Below, piece after piece: positions 39,735 to 50,964 of a DNA stretch of 64,000 nucleotides. Source of the stretch: an uncultured archaeon A07HR67 (lineage in GTDB: Archaea; Halobacteriota; Halobacteria; Halobacteriales; Haloferacaceae); assembly GCA_000496175.1 (NCBI GenBank), contig KI543168.1, forward strand, positions 462,470 through 526,469, written 5' to 3'. A model generated the notes under the pieces. That model had not been told where the DNA came from and searched no databases. It saw only the letters and a program-made list of their open reading frames with translations. The stretch's first letter is position 1; each line of letters starts with the position of its first letter. Both the position numbers and the translations under genes were made by a program.

Positions 39735-41790
39735 GTGAGCGACGCCGACTCTCCCCTCTCCTGAGGACCGTCCGACCGTCGACAATCCCCTTCGCGTCGA
39801 CGCCCCGTTCGAGCCGGCGGGCGACCAGCCCGAGGCGATAGAACAGCTCGTAGAGGGGTTCGAGTCGGGCGCGGAGAAACAGACGCTGCTCGGCGTCACC
39901 GGCTCCGGCAAGACGAACACCGTCTCGTGGGTCGCCGAGGAGCTCGATCAGCCGACCCTCGTGTTGGCCCACAACAAGACGCTCGCCGCCCAGCTGTACG
40001 AGGAGTTCCGCGAGCTGTTTCCGGACAACGCGGTGGAGTACTTCGTCTCCTACTACGACTACTACCAGCCGGAGGCGTACGTCGAGCAGACGGACACGTT
40101 CATCGACAAGGAGATGTCGATAAACGAGGAGATCGACCGACTGCGCCACTCCGCGACGCGCTCGCTTCTCACGCGCGACGACGTGATCGTGGTCGCTTCC
40201 GTCTCGGCGATCTACGGGCTCGGCGACCCGGGAAACTACCGCGACATGGCGCTCCGCTTGGCGGTCGGCGAGCAGGTGGGCCGCGAAGAGCTGCTCGCGC
40301 GGCTGGTCGACCTCAACTACGAGCGCAACGACGTGGATTTCACGCAGGGGACCTTCCGGGTCCGCGGCGACACCGTCGAGATCTACCCGATGTACGGGCG
40401 GTACGCGGTGCGCGTCGAGCTGTGGGGCGATGAGATCGACCGAATGATCAAGATCGACCCGACGAAAGGCGAGGTCGTCTCGGAGGAGCCGGCGGTGATG
40501 CTCCACCCCGCAGAGCACTACTCGATTCCCGACGACAAGCTGGAAGAAGCGATCGCGGAGATCGAGGATCTGATGCAAAAACGGGTGAGCTACTTCGAGC
40601 GGCAGGGCGACTTGGTCGCCGCCCAGCGCATCGAAGAACGGACCACCTTTGACATCGAGATGCTGCGGGAGGCAGGCTACTGTTCGGGGATCGAAAACTA
40701 CTCCGTCCACATGGACGACCGCGAGTCCGGCGACCCCCCGTACACCCTGTTAGATTACTTCCCCGACGACTTTCTCACTGTCATCGACGAGTCCCACCAG
40801 ACGATTCCGCAGATCAAAGGCCAGTACGAGGGCGACAAGTCGCGGAAGGACTCGCTCGTCGGAAACGGGTTCCGGCTCCCGACCGCCTACGACAACCGTC
40901 CGCTCACCTTCGAGGAGTTCGAGGAGAAGACGGACCGAACGCTGTACGTCTCCGCGACGCCCAGCGACTACGAGCGCGAGGAGTCGGACCACGTCGTCGA
41001 ACAGATTGTCCGGCCGACCCACCTCGTCGACCCGAACGTCGAGGTGACCGGCGCGAGCGGACAGGTCGAAGACCTTCTCGACCGGGTGGACGAGCGGGTC
41101 GACCGCGACGAGCGCGTTCTCGTCACCACGCTCACCAAGCGGATGGCCGAGGACCTCACCGAGTACTTCGAGGAGGCCGGCGTCAACGTGGCGTACATGC
41201 ACGACGAGACGGACACGCTCGAACGCCACGAGATCATCCGTGACCTCCGGCTCGGAAACATCGACGTACTCGTCGGGATCAACCTGCTCCGAGAAGGGCT
41301 CGACATCCCCGAGGTGTCGCTGGTGGCGATTCTCGACGCCGACCAAGAGGGCTTCCTCCGTTCTACCACGACGCTGGTCCAGACGATGGGCCGGGCCGCC
41401 CGCAACGTCAACGGCGAGGTCGTGCTCTACGCCGACCGGGTCACCGACTCGATGGAGGCCGCCATCGGAGAGACCCAGCGCCGCCGAGAGATCCAACTCG
41501 CGTACAACGAGGAGCACGGCTACGAGGCGACGACGATCGACAAGCCCGTCGGAGAGACGAACCTGCCGGGGTCGAAGACGGACACCTCGGACGTCAGCGT
41601 CGGCGACATCGAGACCGAAACCGAGGCACGCGAACGGATCGAGGCGCTCGAAGAACAAATGAACGAAGCCGCGAGCAACCTGGAGTTCGAGCTGGCTGCC
41701 GATATCCGCGACCGGATCACCGAGCTACGCCGCGCCTTCGGGCTCGACGGCAGCAACGACGGCGTGCCCGCGCCGATGCTCGACGAGTAG
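39735..41790 (+). CDS. uvrB: Excinuclease ABC subunit B, with apparent +1 frameshift near 39762
   Basis: [31 protein letters not shown]-terminal UVR; first 9 codons lie in a different frame. Confidence 0.93.
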
Positions 41791-41937
41791 CCGGAGACGG
41801 AGTTCGTCGCCGCGCCGCTTCTCGCGCGGTGAGCCCGAGGGTACTCGGTACCGACGACGCGTTCACCGCTCGGCCCGCGGGGTCCGCGTCGCTCGGAGTC
41901 CCGCGATTCTTTAACCGATCGGGGCGTTCTCACCGGT

Positions 41938-42531
41938 ATGCGATCGTTACGCCGTCGGCTCGTCGGGGCCGCGTCGCTCGTCGTCGCCGTGGCCGCGTTC
42001 GGCCTCGCGACCGCCGTCGTACCCACGATCGTCGCCGAGTCGGCGACCGCGACGGCCGGCGTGGTGGTCGTCGCTCCGTCGCCGATCGCCTGGCTCGCCG
42101 CCCCGGCTCTGATCGCGGGCGGGTCCGTGCTTCTGGTCGCGGGCGGGGCCGCGCTCACAGGGGCGGCCCTCTCCGCGCGAACGACGCTCCTCGCGCCCGT
42201 CGGCGGCGCGGTCGTCGCGGTCGGGGCCGTCGTCGCCGCCGCGCCCGCGGCGGTCTGGCCGGCGCTCACCGCGACCGAGACGCTCGCGGCGCTGAGCGGC
42301 GGGCCGCCTGGCACGGTCGCCGCCGGGAGCGTCGCCGGAGCGGCAGTGGCGCCCGTGGTTCGCGCCGCGACCACCGAGGATACGATCACACTGCTCGTCG
42401 GCGCGACCCTGCTTTTCGCGGCGGTCGCGACCGCGTCGGACGACCCGCTCGCGCTCGCCACGGGGAGCGTCGCCGGCGTGGTCGCGGTCGGCGCGCTCTG
42501 GGTCGTCGATCCGGCGGCGTGGCAGCCGTAA
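41938..42531 (+). CDS. Ala-rich membrane protein
   Basis: Multiple hydrophobic helices; TTTAAC box upstream. Confidence 0.7.
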   Translation: MRSLRRRLVGAASLVVAVAAFGLATAVVPTIVAESATATAGVVVVAPSPIAWLAAPALIAGGSVLLVAGGAALTGAALSARTTLLAPVGGAVVAVGAVVAAAPAAVWPALTATETLAALSGGPPGTVAAGSVAGAAVAPVVRAATTEDTITLLVGATLLFAAVATASDDPLALATGSVAGVVAVGALWVVDPAAWQP

Positions 42532-42614
42532 CCGTCCGCTCGGAGTCACGATCCGGCGACGGAAAGGCGGCGAGCCGGTCCGCGACTCACACCAATTCGA
42601 CAACAGCGCCGCGG

Positions 42615-43826
42615 TCAGTCGCTCGGCCGCTCGCGTTCGGTCTCCAGTTCGATGTCGCGGTCGGCCTCGCGCATCGTTCCCTCTTGTCGAGCGGTGTCGG
42701 CGTCCCGGGTCTCGTCCGTCCGGAGGTCGCTGTCGTCGACCGTATCGAGGCGTTCTAACGCGCTCTCGATGTCTTGGAGGCCGAGCAGCTTCTCGGTCTC
42801 CTCGTCGAACTCCTTGCTCTCGAGTCCCTCCATTTCTTGGACGTCGGAGCCGGAGAGGGCCTTGCCGTAGCGGCCGACGAGGCTGGTGAGTTCCTGGGGA
42901 AGCACGAACGTCGTCGACTCGCCTTTGCCGATCGCTTCGAGCGTCTCCATCCCGCGTTCGATGATCGCGCGTTCGCCCATCGACTCGGCCGAGCGAGCGC
43001 GCAACACCGTCGAGATTGCGTCCCCCTGTGCTTCGAGAATTTGGCTCTGTTTTTCACCCTGCGCGCGGATGATGTTCGACTGCTTGTCACCCTCCGCCTG
43101 TTCGACGGCGGAGCGACGCTCTCCTTGGGCTTCCAGGATCATCGCCCGGCGGCGGCGCTCCGCGCCGGTCTGTTTTTCCATCGCCCGCTTCACGTCCGCG
43201 GAGGGGCTCACCTCGCGCACCTCGACCGCCTCGACGCGGATCCCCCACTCGTCTGTGGGCTCGTCGAGTTCCTGGTTGATCCGGTTGTTGATCTGCTCGC
43301 GCCGCGAGAGCGTGTCGTCGAGCTCCATGTCGCCGAGCACCGCACGGAGCGTCGTCTGGGCGAGATTCGAGGTCGCCTTCTTGTAATCGTCGACCTCGAG
43401 AAACGCCTTCGTCGCGTCCATTACCTTGATGTAGACGACCGCGTCCGCCGTCACCGGCGAGTTGTCCCGCGTGATCGCCTCCTGTTGGGGAACGTCGAGC
43501 GTCTGTGTCCGCATGTCGAACGCGTGCGTCCGTGAGACGAACGGCGGAATGAGGTGGACGCCCGGATCCAACAACCTGCGGTACTCGCCGAACACCGTGA
43601 GCGCCTCCTTCTCGTAGGCGTCGACGACGTTGACGGCGCTGGCGACCGTGACCAGCGCCAACAGGATCGCCAACACGCCGACGCCGAACACCAGGCTCTG
43701 GCTCAGCACCGCGAACCCGACAAGCAGCGCGGCGCCGAGCGCCGTGTACTGCCAGACGGAGTCGGGAATCCCGTCGGCCAAGTCGTCGAGATCTGGAGGG
43801 TCATCCTGCGGACCACGTGTTCCCAT
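42615..43826 (-). CDS. SPFH/band-7 (QmcA/stomatin-like) protein
   Basis: AITRDN, LAQTTLRAVLG, WGIRV, AERRRRA..AQGE. Confidence 0.93.
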   Translation of the reverse strand: MGTRGPQDDPPDLDDLADGIPDSVWQYTALGAALLVGFAVLSQSLVFGVGVLAILLALVTVASAVNVVDAYEKEALTVFGEYRRLLDPGVHLIPPFVSRTHAFDMRTQTLDVPQQEAITRDNSPVTADAVVYIKVMDATKAFLEVDDYKKATSNLAQTTLRAVLGDMELDDTLSRREQINNRINQELDEPTDEWGIRVEAVEVREVSPSADVKRAMEKQTGAERRRRAMILEAQGERRSAVEQAEGDKQSNIIRAQGEKQSQILEAQGDAISTVLRARSAESMGERAIIERGMETLEAIGKGESTTFVLPQELTSLVGRYGKALSGSDVQEMEGLESKEFDEETEKLLGLQDIESALERLDTVDDSDLRTDETRDADTARQEGTMREADRDIELETERERPSD

Positions 43827-43903
43827 GGCTAACAGTACGCTTCGACGAGGTTAACAGTTCGCACGGCCGGACCCGAGACGGGTCACGCGGCGGCGTGCGC
43901 CTG

Positions 43904-46327
43904 TCACGCCGCGTCGTACGTGGCCGTCCACCGGGCCAACAGGAGCGCGGCGGCCGGCAGGAACACGAAGGCGGTCACGAGCGCGAAGGTCATCGCGAGC
44001 GCGACCGCGATGCCGAAGTTCGCGAGCACCGGGAAGTCGGAGATCCCGAGGGCGCCGAAGCCGAACAACGTCGTCGCGCCGGAGCCGATGACCGGCCGCG
44101 ACTTGCGGACCATCGCCTCGCGCATCGCCGCCGCGGGGGCGGCGTTGTTGACGTACAGCTCTTCTTTGAACCGCTCGTGCACGTGGATTCCGTAGGTGAT
44201 CCCCGCGCCCAAGGCGATCGACCCGGTCGCCACCGTCAGCGGATTCCAAGGGATTCCGAGGGCGTACATCGCCATCGAGATCAGCATCACGGCACTGATG
44301 GCGACGCTGACGACGAGCAGCACCGACTCCCGCAGCGAGCGGAGCGCCAGCGCGAGAAACGCCGTCGCCATGCCGAAGCTCAACACCGTCATCGGGTCCC
44401 GCCCGGAGGTCACGTTCTCGATGACGTTCCGGTTGACCACGGGCTTGCCAGTCACCGCCGTCCGCTCGGTCGCGAGGTGTTTGTCGGCGACCGCCTCGGT
44501 GTCGTCGATCAGGTGGCGAACCTCCTGGCCTCCGATGTCGGCGACGAACAGCTGGATGACGAACCGGTCCGGGGTGTCCGCGCGGTCGCCGATCGGCATG
44601 AGCTCCGAGGCTGCCTGTCTGTCGACCGTCTCGACGAGCCGCGTGCGGCTCTCCGGAATCTCGCCGTCGTTCGCTATCTCGACGGCGGTCACCGGACTCA
44701 TCGCGGCGTTCACGTCGTCGTGGTCTTCGATGGCGGTCTCGAACGCCGACGCTCGCCTGAACGTGGTCGGCGAGTAGGCGTCTTTCCCCTCGACGACCAG
44801 GTAGATCACGTTCGGACTCTGGGCGGTGTCTTCGAGCTCCGCGAGGTCGTCGCGCTGCTCGATGTCCGGCCAGTAGTCGAGCATCTCCTGGGTGGTCTCC
44901 ACGTCGTGGTACACCGCCGCGCCGCCGCCGATCGCCGCGAGCATGAGAACGACGACGAGCAGCGGCGCGGCGGCGATTCCGCCGGAGAGCGAGCCGATGA
45001 ACCGCTCGAAGGCCGGCTCGTCGTCGCCGAGGACGCCGTCGTCGGCGGACGGCTCTGGCGCCGGCTGGTCGGCGTCGGGCGACGGGGGGTTGCCGCCGTC
45101 TGCGGCCGCCGCGTCGCCGTCGCTCGGAGCATCGACCGTCTCGTACTCGTCGCCGTCGAGCTCGACCAAGAGCGCGACGAGCAGCGTGAGCGACAACGCT
45201 GTCGCCGCGATCACGCCGAACGCCGCCGTCGCACCGAGCTGTCGGGTCGGGGGCACCGCCGAGACCAACAACGCGCCGAGCCCGATCGACGTCGTCGCCA
45301 TCGCCAACAACAACGTGTTGCCGGTCGTGCGGGCGGCCGCCCCGGCGGCGTCGACCGGTTCGTAGCCCTTCTCGCGTTCTTCGATGTACCGCGTGTGCAA
45401 CTGGAGGCTGAAGTCGATCCCGAGCCCCAAGGCGATCGGGAGCACGCCGAGCATGATCGCGTTGAAGTTGAATCCGACGACCCCCATCATGCCGAGCATG
45501 TACACGAGCGCGACGAGGGCCGTTCCGACCGGGAGAAACACCTTCCACGTCCGGTAGAGGCGGCCGCGCATGACGAGAAACACGACCGAGAAGATGATCG
45601 CGAACGCGACCGCGAACAGCTGGATCATCTCCGGGAGCATCAGCCCGAACGCGGCGTTCTCGAAGACGGGCGCCCCGGTGACGGTGACGTCGACGTGGGG
45701 CGGGACGTGGACGTGGTCCGTCGCGTCGGCGACCTCGTCGGTGAGGTAGCCCGCCGCAGTGCCGGGGAGGAACCCGAAGTACTGAGCGTCCGACGGCGGG
45801 ACGTCGACCTCGCCGTAGGTGGCGACGATGAGCGCCGTCTCGCGGTCGGGGTTGACGTTGCTCACGAGCGCCGCGGCGCTCGAATCGGTCGATTCGACGC
45901 GGGCGATTGAGGCGCGCACCTCGCGTTCGGTGTCGGGAATCTCGCCGCCGTTGCCGCGTCTGACCACGTCCGCGAGGCTCGTGACGCTCGAAAACTCGCC
46001 GGACGCGGCGTATCGCCTGTCGAGGCGGTCGATCGTTCGGATGGTCTCCGGCTCGTAGAGGTGGTCGGTCTCGACCATCACGAACACGTTGTTGCCGAGG
46101 TCGAACGTGTCGTCGGCTTTGACCTCCTGCCAGTTCTGGTTCGTCTGGGAGTCGTCGTCGATGTACAGCTCCATGCCGAGGCTCATCTGCACCGAGGCGC
46201 CGGCGATGGCGAGCGAGACGACCACGAGGACGGCCACGACGCTAAACACCGTCCGGCGGTTCTCGGCGGAGAACCGCCCGACTCGTTCGAGCCCGTCGCG
46301 AAGCGGAGTGGATTCGTCGTCGGTCAT
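43904..46327 (-). CDS. MMPL/RND-family transporter
   Basis: Duplicated TM halves with TGAP/TGKP and GLGIDFSL. Confidence 0.9.
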   Translation of the reverse strand: MTDDESTPLRDGLERVGRFSAENRRTVFSVVAVLVVVSLAIAGASVQMSLGMELYIDDDSQTNQNWQEVKADDTFDLGNNVFVMVETDHLYEPETIRTIDRLDRRYAASGEFSSVTSLADVVRRGNGGEIPDTEREVRASIARVESTDSSAAALVSNVNPDRETALIVATYGEVDVPPSDAQYFGFLPGTAAGYLTDEVADATDHVHVPPHVDVTVTGAPVFENAAFGLMLPEMIQLFAVAFAIIFSVVFLVMRGRLYRTWKVFLPVGTALVALVYMLGMMGVVGFNFNAIMLGVLPIALGLGIDFSLQLHTRYIEEREKGYEPVDAAGAAARTTGNTLLLAMATTSIGLGALLVSAVPPTRQLGATAAFGVIAATALSLTLLVALLVELDGDEYETVDAPSDGDAAAADGGNPPSPDADQPAPEPSADDGVLGDDEPAFERFIGSLSGGIAAAPLLVVVLMLAAIGGGAAVYHDVETTQEMLDYWPDIEQRDDLAELEDTAQSPNVIYLVVEGKDAYSPTTFRRASAFETAIEDHDDVNAAMSPVTAVEIANDGEIPESRTRLVETVDRQAASELMPIGDRADTPDRFVIQLFVADIGGQEVRHLIDDTEAVADKHLATERTAVTGKPVVNRNVIENVTSGRDPMTVLSFGMATAFLALALRSLRESVLLVVSVAISAVMLISMAMYALGIPWNPLTVATGSIALGAGITYGIHVHERFKEELYVNNAAPAAAMREAMVRKSRPVIGSGATTLFGFGALGISDFPVLANFGIAVALAMTFALVTAFVFLPAAALLLARWTATYDAA

Positions 46328-46411
46328 GTGGACGTATCGTGAGCGGTGTGGATGGATGTCGGTTCGGCGGCGTCTGGCGGGTGGTCGGCTGGCTGGGTGG
46401 TCACGGGGCGA

Positions 46412-48067
46412 TCAGTCCCACGGGAGACGGCCGGTTCGACGGCCGACGTACACGGTCGTGCCGATCCCGAGGAGTCCGAACGCGACGAGCGGAAGCGCCG
46501 AGAACAGCCCGGCGCCGCCGTTCGATTCGACCTCGATCGGAACCTGGTACGCCTCGGACATCATCGACTTGCCGCGCTCGTCCTCGTACGCAAAGTCGAT
46601 GCTCGCCGCGTACGTCTTCGGGTTGGCGTCGGCGGTCGCCGCCAGCTCGAACGTCAGCGTCGCCGACTCGCCGGGGTCGAGCGAGTCGATGTAGCCGTCG
46701 TCGTCGTCGCTGTCGAGCGGGTCGCTCGTGCCGAGGCTCGCCTCGATGTCGGTGAGCGTCTGGTTGCGGTTGTTGGTGACCTCGACCTCGATCAGCCGCG
46801 AGGAATCGACGCCGATCGTCGGGTCGGAGACGGAGACGCGGAAGTCGTCGCGGCGTGGTGCGATCGGCGTCACGAGCGAGACGTCGTCGTCGAAGCGCTG
46901 CTCGTCGGCGACGGTGCGGTACTGAACGCGCATGTCGAGTGACTTGGTGACGGCCTCGGCGTCGGGGGTCGCCGCGACCGGGAGCCGGACCGTGGCGGAC
47001 TCGCCCGACTCGAGCGTGCCCGCGGAGACGGAGCCCTCGAGCAGCCGGAGCGTCGGGTACTCGCGGGCGAAGTCGATCGCCACGTCGGCGGCGACTCGCG
47101 GACCGTTGTTGGTCACGCGGACGGTGACGGCGCCCTCCTGGTCGACCCGGAGGGTTCCGCCGACGAGGTCGAGCGAGAAGTTCTGTTCTGCGGCCGGCTC
47201 GACGCCGACGGAGAGGTCGGCGTCGCGGCCGTTGATCCCCTGCGGGTCGGTGTAGCGCACGGCGCCGTCGAGCTCGTACTGACGGACCGGCGCGTCGGGT
47301 TTCACGCCCGCCTCGTAGGTGACCTCGGCGGTCTCGCCGGGAGCCAGCTCGTCGATGCGAGCGACGTCGCTCTGTTGGCCGTCGAAGCCGACCATCGAAC
47401 TCCGAGAGGTGAGCGAGACCGCGACGTTCCGGGCGGGCTCGCCGCCGACGTTCTCGACGGTCACCGCGAACGGGCCGGTCTCACCGACCTGAAGCCCGCT
47501 GTCGTCGGCCGTGGTGAGCCGGAACTGCGGCGCGTCGTCGATCTCGACGTCGACCGTGTCGGTCACGGTGTACGTCCGCTCGTTCTCGCCGGTGCCGGCA
47601 CGCCGGAAGGAGGTGTACGAGTACGTCATCTCGACGTCGACCTCGTAGGTGCCCGGCTCGGCGTCCTCAGGGACGTCGACGGCGAACGGCACCGACCGCG
47701 GCTCGCTTTCGGTGATCGACCCAACCGAGTGCTCGGCGGTCTCGACCGTCAACGGCGCGTCGCCGGCGTCGAGTTCGACGACGACGTTCCGTGCGGTCGT
47801 CACGCGGGCGCGCTCTGGCGGCGAGTCGTACCGAGTGGTAGCGTCGTTCGCGATCTGGATCGTCAGCGTCGAGGCGGTGCCGGGCGTGAGCGTCGGGTCG
47901 GGAGCGTACGCCTCGAGATCTGGGTCGCCACCGCTCGCTGACTGCGCCTGTGCGCCGCCGAGGCTCGCGGTGAGACCCGCGGTGAACAACAACGCCACCA
48001 TCGCGAGCGTCGCGAGCGTCCGTATCGTCCGAGACCGTCGAATCGGTGTGTGAGGATCGTCGTCCAT
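46412..48067 (-). CDS. COG1361 S-layer-domain surface protein
   Basis: Signal peptide, repeated Ig-like LxPGE motifs, C-terminal TM with basic tail. Confidence 0.87.
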   Translation of the reverse strand: MDDDPHTPIRRSRTIRTLATLAMVALLFTAGLTASLGGAQAQSASGGDPDLEAYAPDPTLTPGTASTLTIQIANDATTRYDSPPERARVTTARNVVVELDAGDAPLTVETAEHSVGSITESEPRSVPFAVDVPEDAEPGTYEVDVEMTYSYTSFRRAGTGENERTYTVTDTVDVEIDDAPQFRLTTADDSGLQVGETGPFAVTVENVGGEPARNVAVSLTSRSSMVGFDGQQSDVARIDELAPGETAEVTYEAGVKPDAPVRQYELDGAVRYTDPQGINGRDADLSVGVEPAAEQNFSLDLVGGTLRVDQEGAVTVRVTNNGPRVAADVAIDFAREYPTLRLLEGSVSAGTLESGESATVRLPVAATPDAEAVTKSLDMRVQYRTVADEQRFDDDVSLVTPIAPRRDDFRVSVSDPTIGVDSSRLIEVEVTNNRNQTLTDIEASLGTSDPLDSDDDDGYIDSLDPGESATLTFELAATADANPKTYAASIDFAYEDERGKSMMSEAYQVPIEVESNGGAGLFSALPLVAFGLLGIGTTVYVGRRTGRLPWD

Positions 48068-48354
48068 AGTATATCTCTATGTGTACAATACTACGTCCAC
48101 GGAGACATATACCTGTTGATACTGAATCGCATTTAAATCGGTTGTGGAACCGTTTCGTCGCTAGAACAGATTGAACCCGGTAATGAGCCGTCTCATCTAA
48201 TTGCTCTGTTTTCACAATTCTAAACAACAGGGCTCCGACGGTATCCCGCAGTCGTCGCCGGTCGCGACCCGGGAGGGTGCGGCGGCGTCTCCGAGCTACC
48301 GGTAGCGTCTGTGAACGTCGGTCGACTTTACCCCGCCGGGGGCACAGGAGCGGT

Positions 48355-49659
48355 ATGGTATCCGAAAGGAGCGACGACGACCACGAGTTCCGCACCCGAA
48401 GCGTCCACGCCGGATCGGAGCCGGATCCGACGACGGGAGCCCGCGCGACGCCAATCTACCAGACGACCGCCTACGAGTTCGACGACGCCGACCACGCCGC
48501 GCGGTTGTTCGCGCTGGAGGAGGCGGGCAACGTCTACTCGCGGATCATGAACCCGACAAACGCGGCCTTAGAAGAACGGATGGCCTCCCTCGAAAACGGC
48601 GTGGGCGCGATCGCCACCGCCTCCGGAATGGCATCGCTGGATCTCGCGACGTTCATGTTGGCGTCCGCCGGCGACAACATTGTCACCTCGTCGGCGTTGT
48701 ACGGCGGGACGTACACCTACCTCACACACTCCGTCGAGCGCCGTGGCGTCTCGACCCGATTCGTCGACACGCTCGACTACGAGGGGTACGCCGAGGCGAT
48801 AGACGAACACACCGCCTACGTCCACCTCGAGACGATCGGTAACCCGGCGCTCGTCACCCCCGACATCGAGCGGGTCGCCGAGATCGCTCACGAACACGGC
48901 ACGCCCGTGTTCGTCGACAACACGTTCGCGACGCCCGCGCTCTGCCGGCCGATCGACCACGGCGCAGATCTCGTCTGGGAGTCGACGACCAAGTGGCTCA
49001 CCGGCAACGGAACCACCATCGGCGGCGTCCTCGTCGACGGCGGCTCGTTCCCGTGGGGCGAGTACCCCGAGAAGTTCCCGGAGATCGCGACGGACAACCC
49101 CGCGTACCACGGCGTCAACTTCGTCGAGGCGTTCGGCGACCAGGCGTTCACCTTCGCGGCCGTCACCCGCGGGGTGCGCGACCTCGGCAACCAGCAGTCG
49201 CCGTTCGACGCCTGGAACACGCTCCAACAGACGGAGTCGCTCCCGTTGCGGATGGAGCGCCACTGTGAGAACGCCCAGATCGTCGCGGAATCGCTCGAGG
49301 CGCACGCGGACGTGGCGTGGGTGAACTACCCCGGCTTGGCTGACCACGAGACCCACGAAACCGCCAGCGAGTACCTCGAGGGAGGATACGGCGGCATGGT
49401 GACGTTCGGACTCGACGGCGGCTTCGAGGCCGCCAAAGCCACCGTGGAAAACGCCGAACTCGCCTCGTTGCTGGCGAACGTCGGCGACGCCAAGACGCTC
49501 GTGATCCACCCCGCCTCAACGACCCACCAGCAGCTGACCGAGGCGGAACGCGAGGCCGCCGGCGTCACCGGCGACATGGTGCGGCTCTCGGTCGGCATCG
49601 AGGACCCGGCCGACATCGTCGCCGACCTGGAGGCGGCGATCGAGACGGCGAGCGCGTAA
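48355..49659 (+). CDS. metY: O-acetylhomoserine sulfhydrylase
   Basis: PIYQT, YSRIMNPT, DNTF, STTKW, ANVGDAK, HPASTTH. Confidence 0.93.
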   Translation: MVSERSDDDHEFRTRSVHAGSEPDPTTGARATPIYQTTAYEFDDADHAARLFALEEAGNVYSRIMNPTNAALEERMASLENGVGAIATASGMASLDLATFMLASAGDNIVTSSALYGGTYTYLTHSVERRGVSTRFVDTLDYEGYAEAIDEHTAYVHLETIGNPALVTPDIERVAEIAHEHGTPVFVDNTFATPALCRPIDHGADLVWESTTKWLTGNGTTIGGVLVDGGSFPWGEYPEKFPEIATDNPAYHGVNFVEAFGDQAFTFAAVTRGVRDLGNQQSPFDAWNTLQQTESLPLRMERHCENAQIVAESLEAHADVAWVNYPGLADHETHETASEYLEGGYGGMVTFGLDGGFEAAKATVENAELASLLANVGDAKTLVIHPASTTHQQLTEAEREAAGVTGDMVRLSVGIEDPADIVADLEAAIETASA

Positions 49660-49680
49660 GCCGAGAGGCGGACGCGACGC

Positions 49681-50874
49681 TCACGCCGGTGTCAGCCGAA
49701 CGACCGGGGCGTCCTCGGCGTCGACCGCCAGGTACAGTCGGCCCGTCTCCGGAGCCTCGGCGACGGTGCGGATCCGTTGTTCTCTGTCGGCGAGGAGGCG
49801 GTCGACGCCGGTGACGGCGGTGCCGTCGAGCGTGAGCCGAGCGACGGCCCGAGCGGCCAGCCCGCCGACGAAGAGGTCGCCCTCCCAGTCCGGAAACGCC
49901 GACCCGGTGTGGACGGTCATGCCGCCCGGCGGAAACCCGCCGCTGCCACACGGCCACGAGTGGGCCGGCGCGATCACGTCCTCGCGGTCGTCGTGAGAGA
50001 CGCCGATCGGGTCGCCCTCGCCGTAGGTACAGCCGTCGTCGGCAACCGGCCAGCCGTAGTTTCCGCCCGGTCGAAGCACGTTGATCTCGTCGCCGTCCTG
50101 CTCGCCGTACTCGCTCGCCCAGAGGTCGCCGGTGTCGGGGTGGACGGTCAACCCCTGTGGGTTCCGGTGGCCGTAGCTGTAGATCGCATCGCGCGCGTTC
50201 GGGTCGTCGACGAAGGGATTGTCGTCGGGCACCGAGCCATCGGGCGCGAGCCGGAGGATCTTCCCCAGGTCGACCGAAAGGTCCTGTGCGACGTGGTCCG
50301 GTCCGAAGTTCTTGAACTGGCGGTCGCCGACGGTCACGTACAGCCGGTCGGCGGCGTCGAAGGCGATCCGCGAGCCGTAGTGACCCGCGGAGTCGACGGG
50401 AGGATCGGCGGCGTAGAGCGGCTCGAACTCCTCCAGCCGGGGCGCCTCCCGGTCGAGTCGCCCGCGGCCGAGGGCGGTCGTCGAGTCGCCGTCCGCGTTC
50501 GCCGTCGAGTACGTGAGATACACCCATCGCCGGTCCGGAAACGACGGGTGGAGTGCGACGTCGAGAAGCCCGCCCTGTCCCCGGGCAAACACCTCGGGCG
50601 TCCCGTCGACCCGTCGAACCGATCCGGACGCTCGGTCGACGAGGCGCAGGTCGCCGGCGCGCTCGGTGACGAGAAGTCCGTCGTCCGGAAGAAACGCGAT
50701 ACTCCACGGGTTCGAAAACCCGGTGGCCACCGTCTCGACGGCGAACGGGGCGGCGGTGTCGTCGGAGCTATCGGAGCCGCCGTCAGAACCGTCGGAGCCA
50801 TCGGAGCCGACACAGCCGGCGAGCGATCCGGCGCCGGCGGCAGCAACGGCCGAGAGGAGCTGTCGTCGATCCAT
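49681..50874 (-). CDS. PQQ-dependent sugar dehydrogenase (YliI/GDH-B family), Tat lipoprotein
   Basis: DRRQLL plus LAGC lipobox, GQGGLLDV, GHRNPQG, DEIN, NYGWP. Confidence 0.92.
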   Translation of the reverse strand: MDRRQLLSAVAAAGAGSLAGCVGSDGSDGSDGGSDSSDDTAAPFAVETVATGFSNPWSIAFLPDDGLLVTERAGDLRLVDRASGSVRRVDGTPEVFARGQGGLLDVALHPSFPDRRWVYLTYSTANADGDSTTALGRGRLDREAPRLEEFEPLYAADPPVDSAGHYGSRIAFDAADRLYVTVGDRQFKNFGPDHVAQDLSVDLGKILRLAPDGSVPDDNPFVDDPNARDAIYSYGHRNPQGLTVHPDTGDLWASEYGEQDGDEINVLRPGGNYGWPVADDGCTYGEGDPIGVSHDDREDVIAPAHSWPCGSGGFPPGGMTVHTGSAFPDWEGDLFVGGLAARAVARLTLDGTAVTGVDRLLADREQRIRTVAEAPETGRLYLAVDAEDAPVVRLTPA

Positions 50875-50964
50875 CGAATACGTCTGGAGCCTGGGTGGGA
50901 GCCGACATCAAGGGTGTGGTTGCGCGAGCGTGAGGAAAGACGAAGACGCGGAGCGTGTCGACGC

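Noticed and set aside
39961-41790. ORF-track start for uvrB
   Set aside because: It omits the PAGDQ and Walker A motifs that are present in frame upstream
46327-46414. Stop read-through fusing COG1361 to MMPL
   Set aside because: In frame, but that is a 1-in-3 chance; the linker is not acidic and no recoding signal is seen
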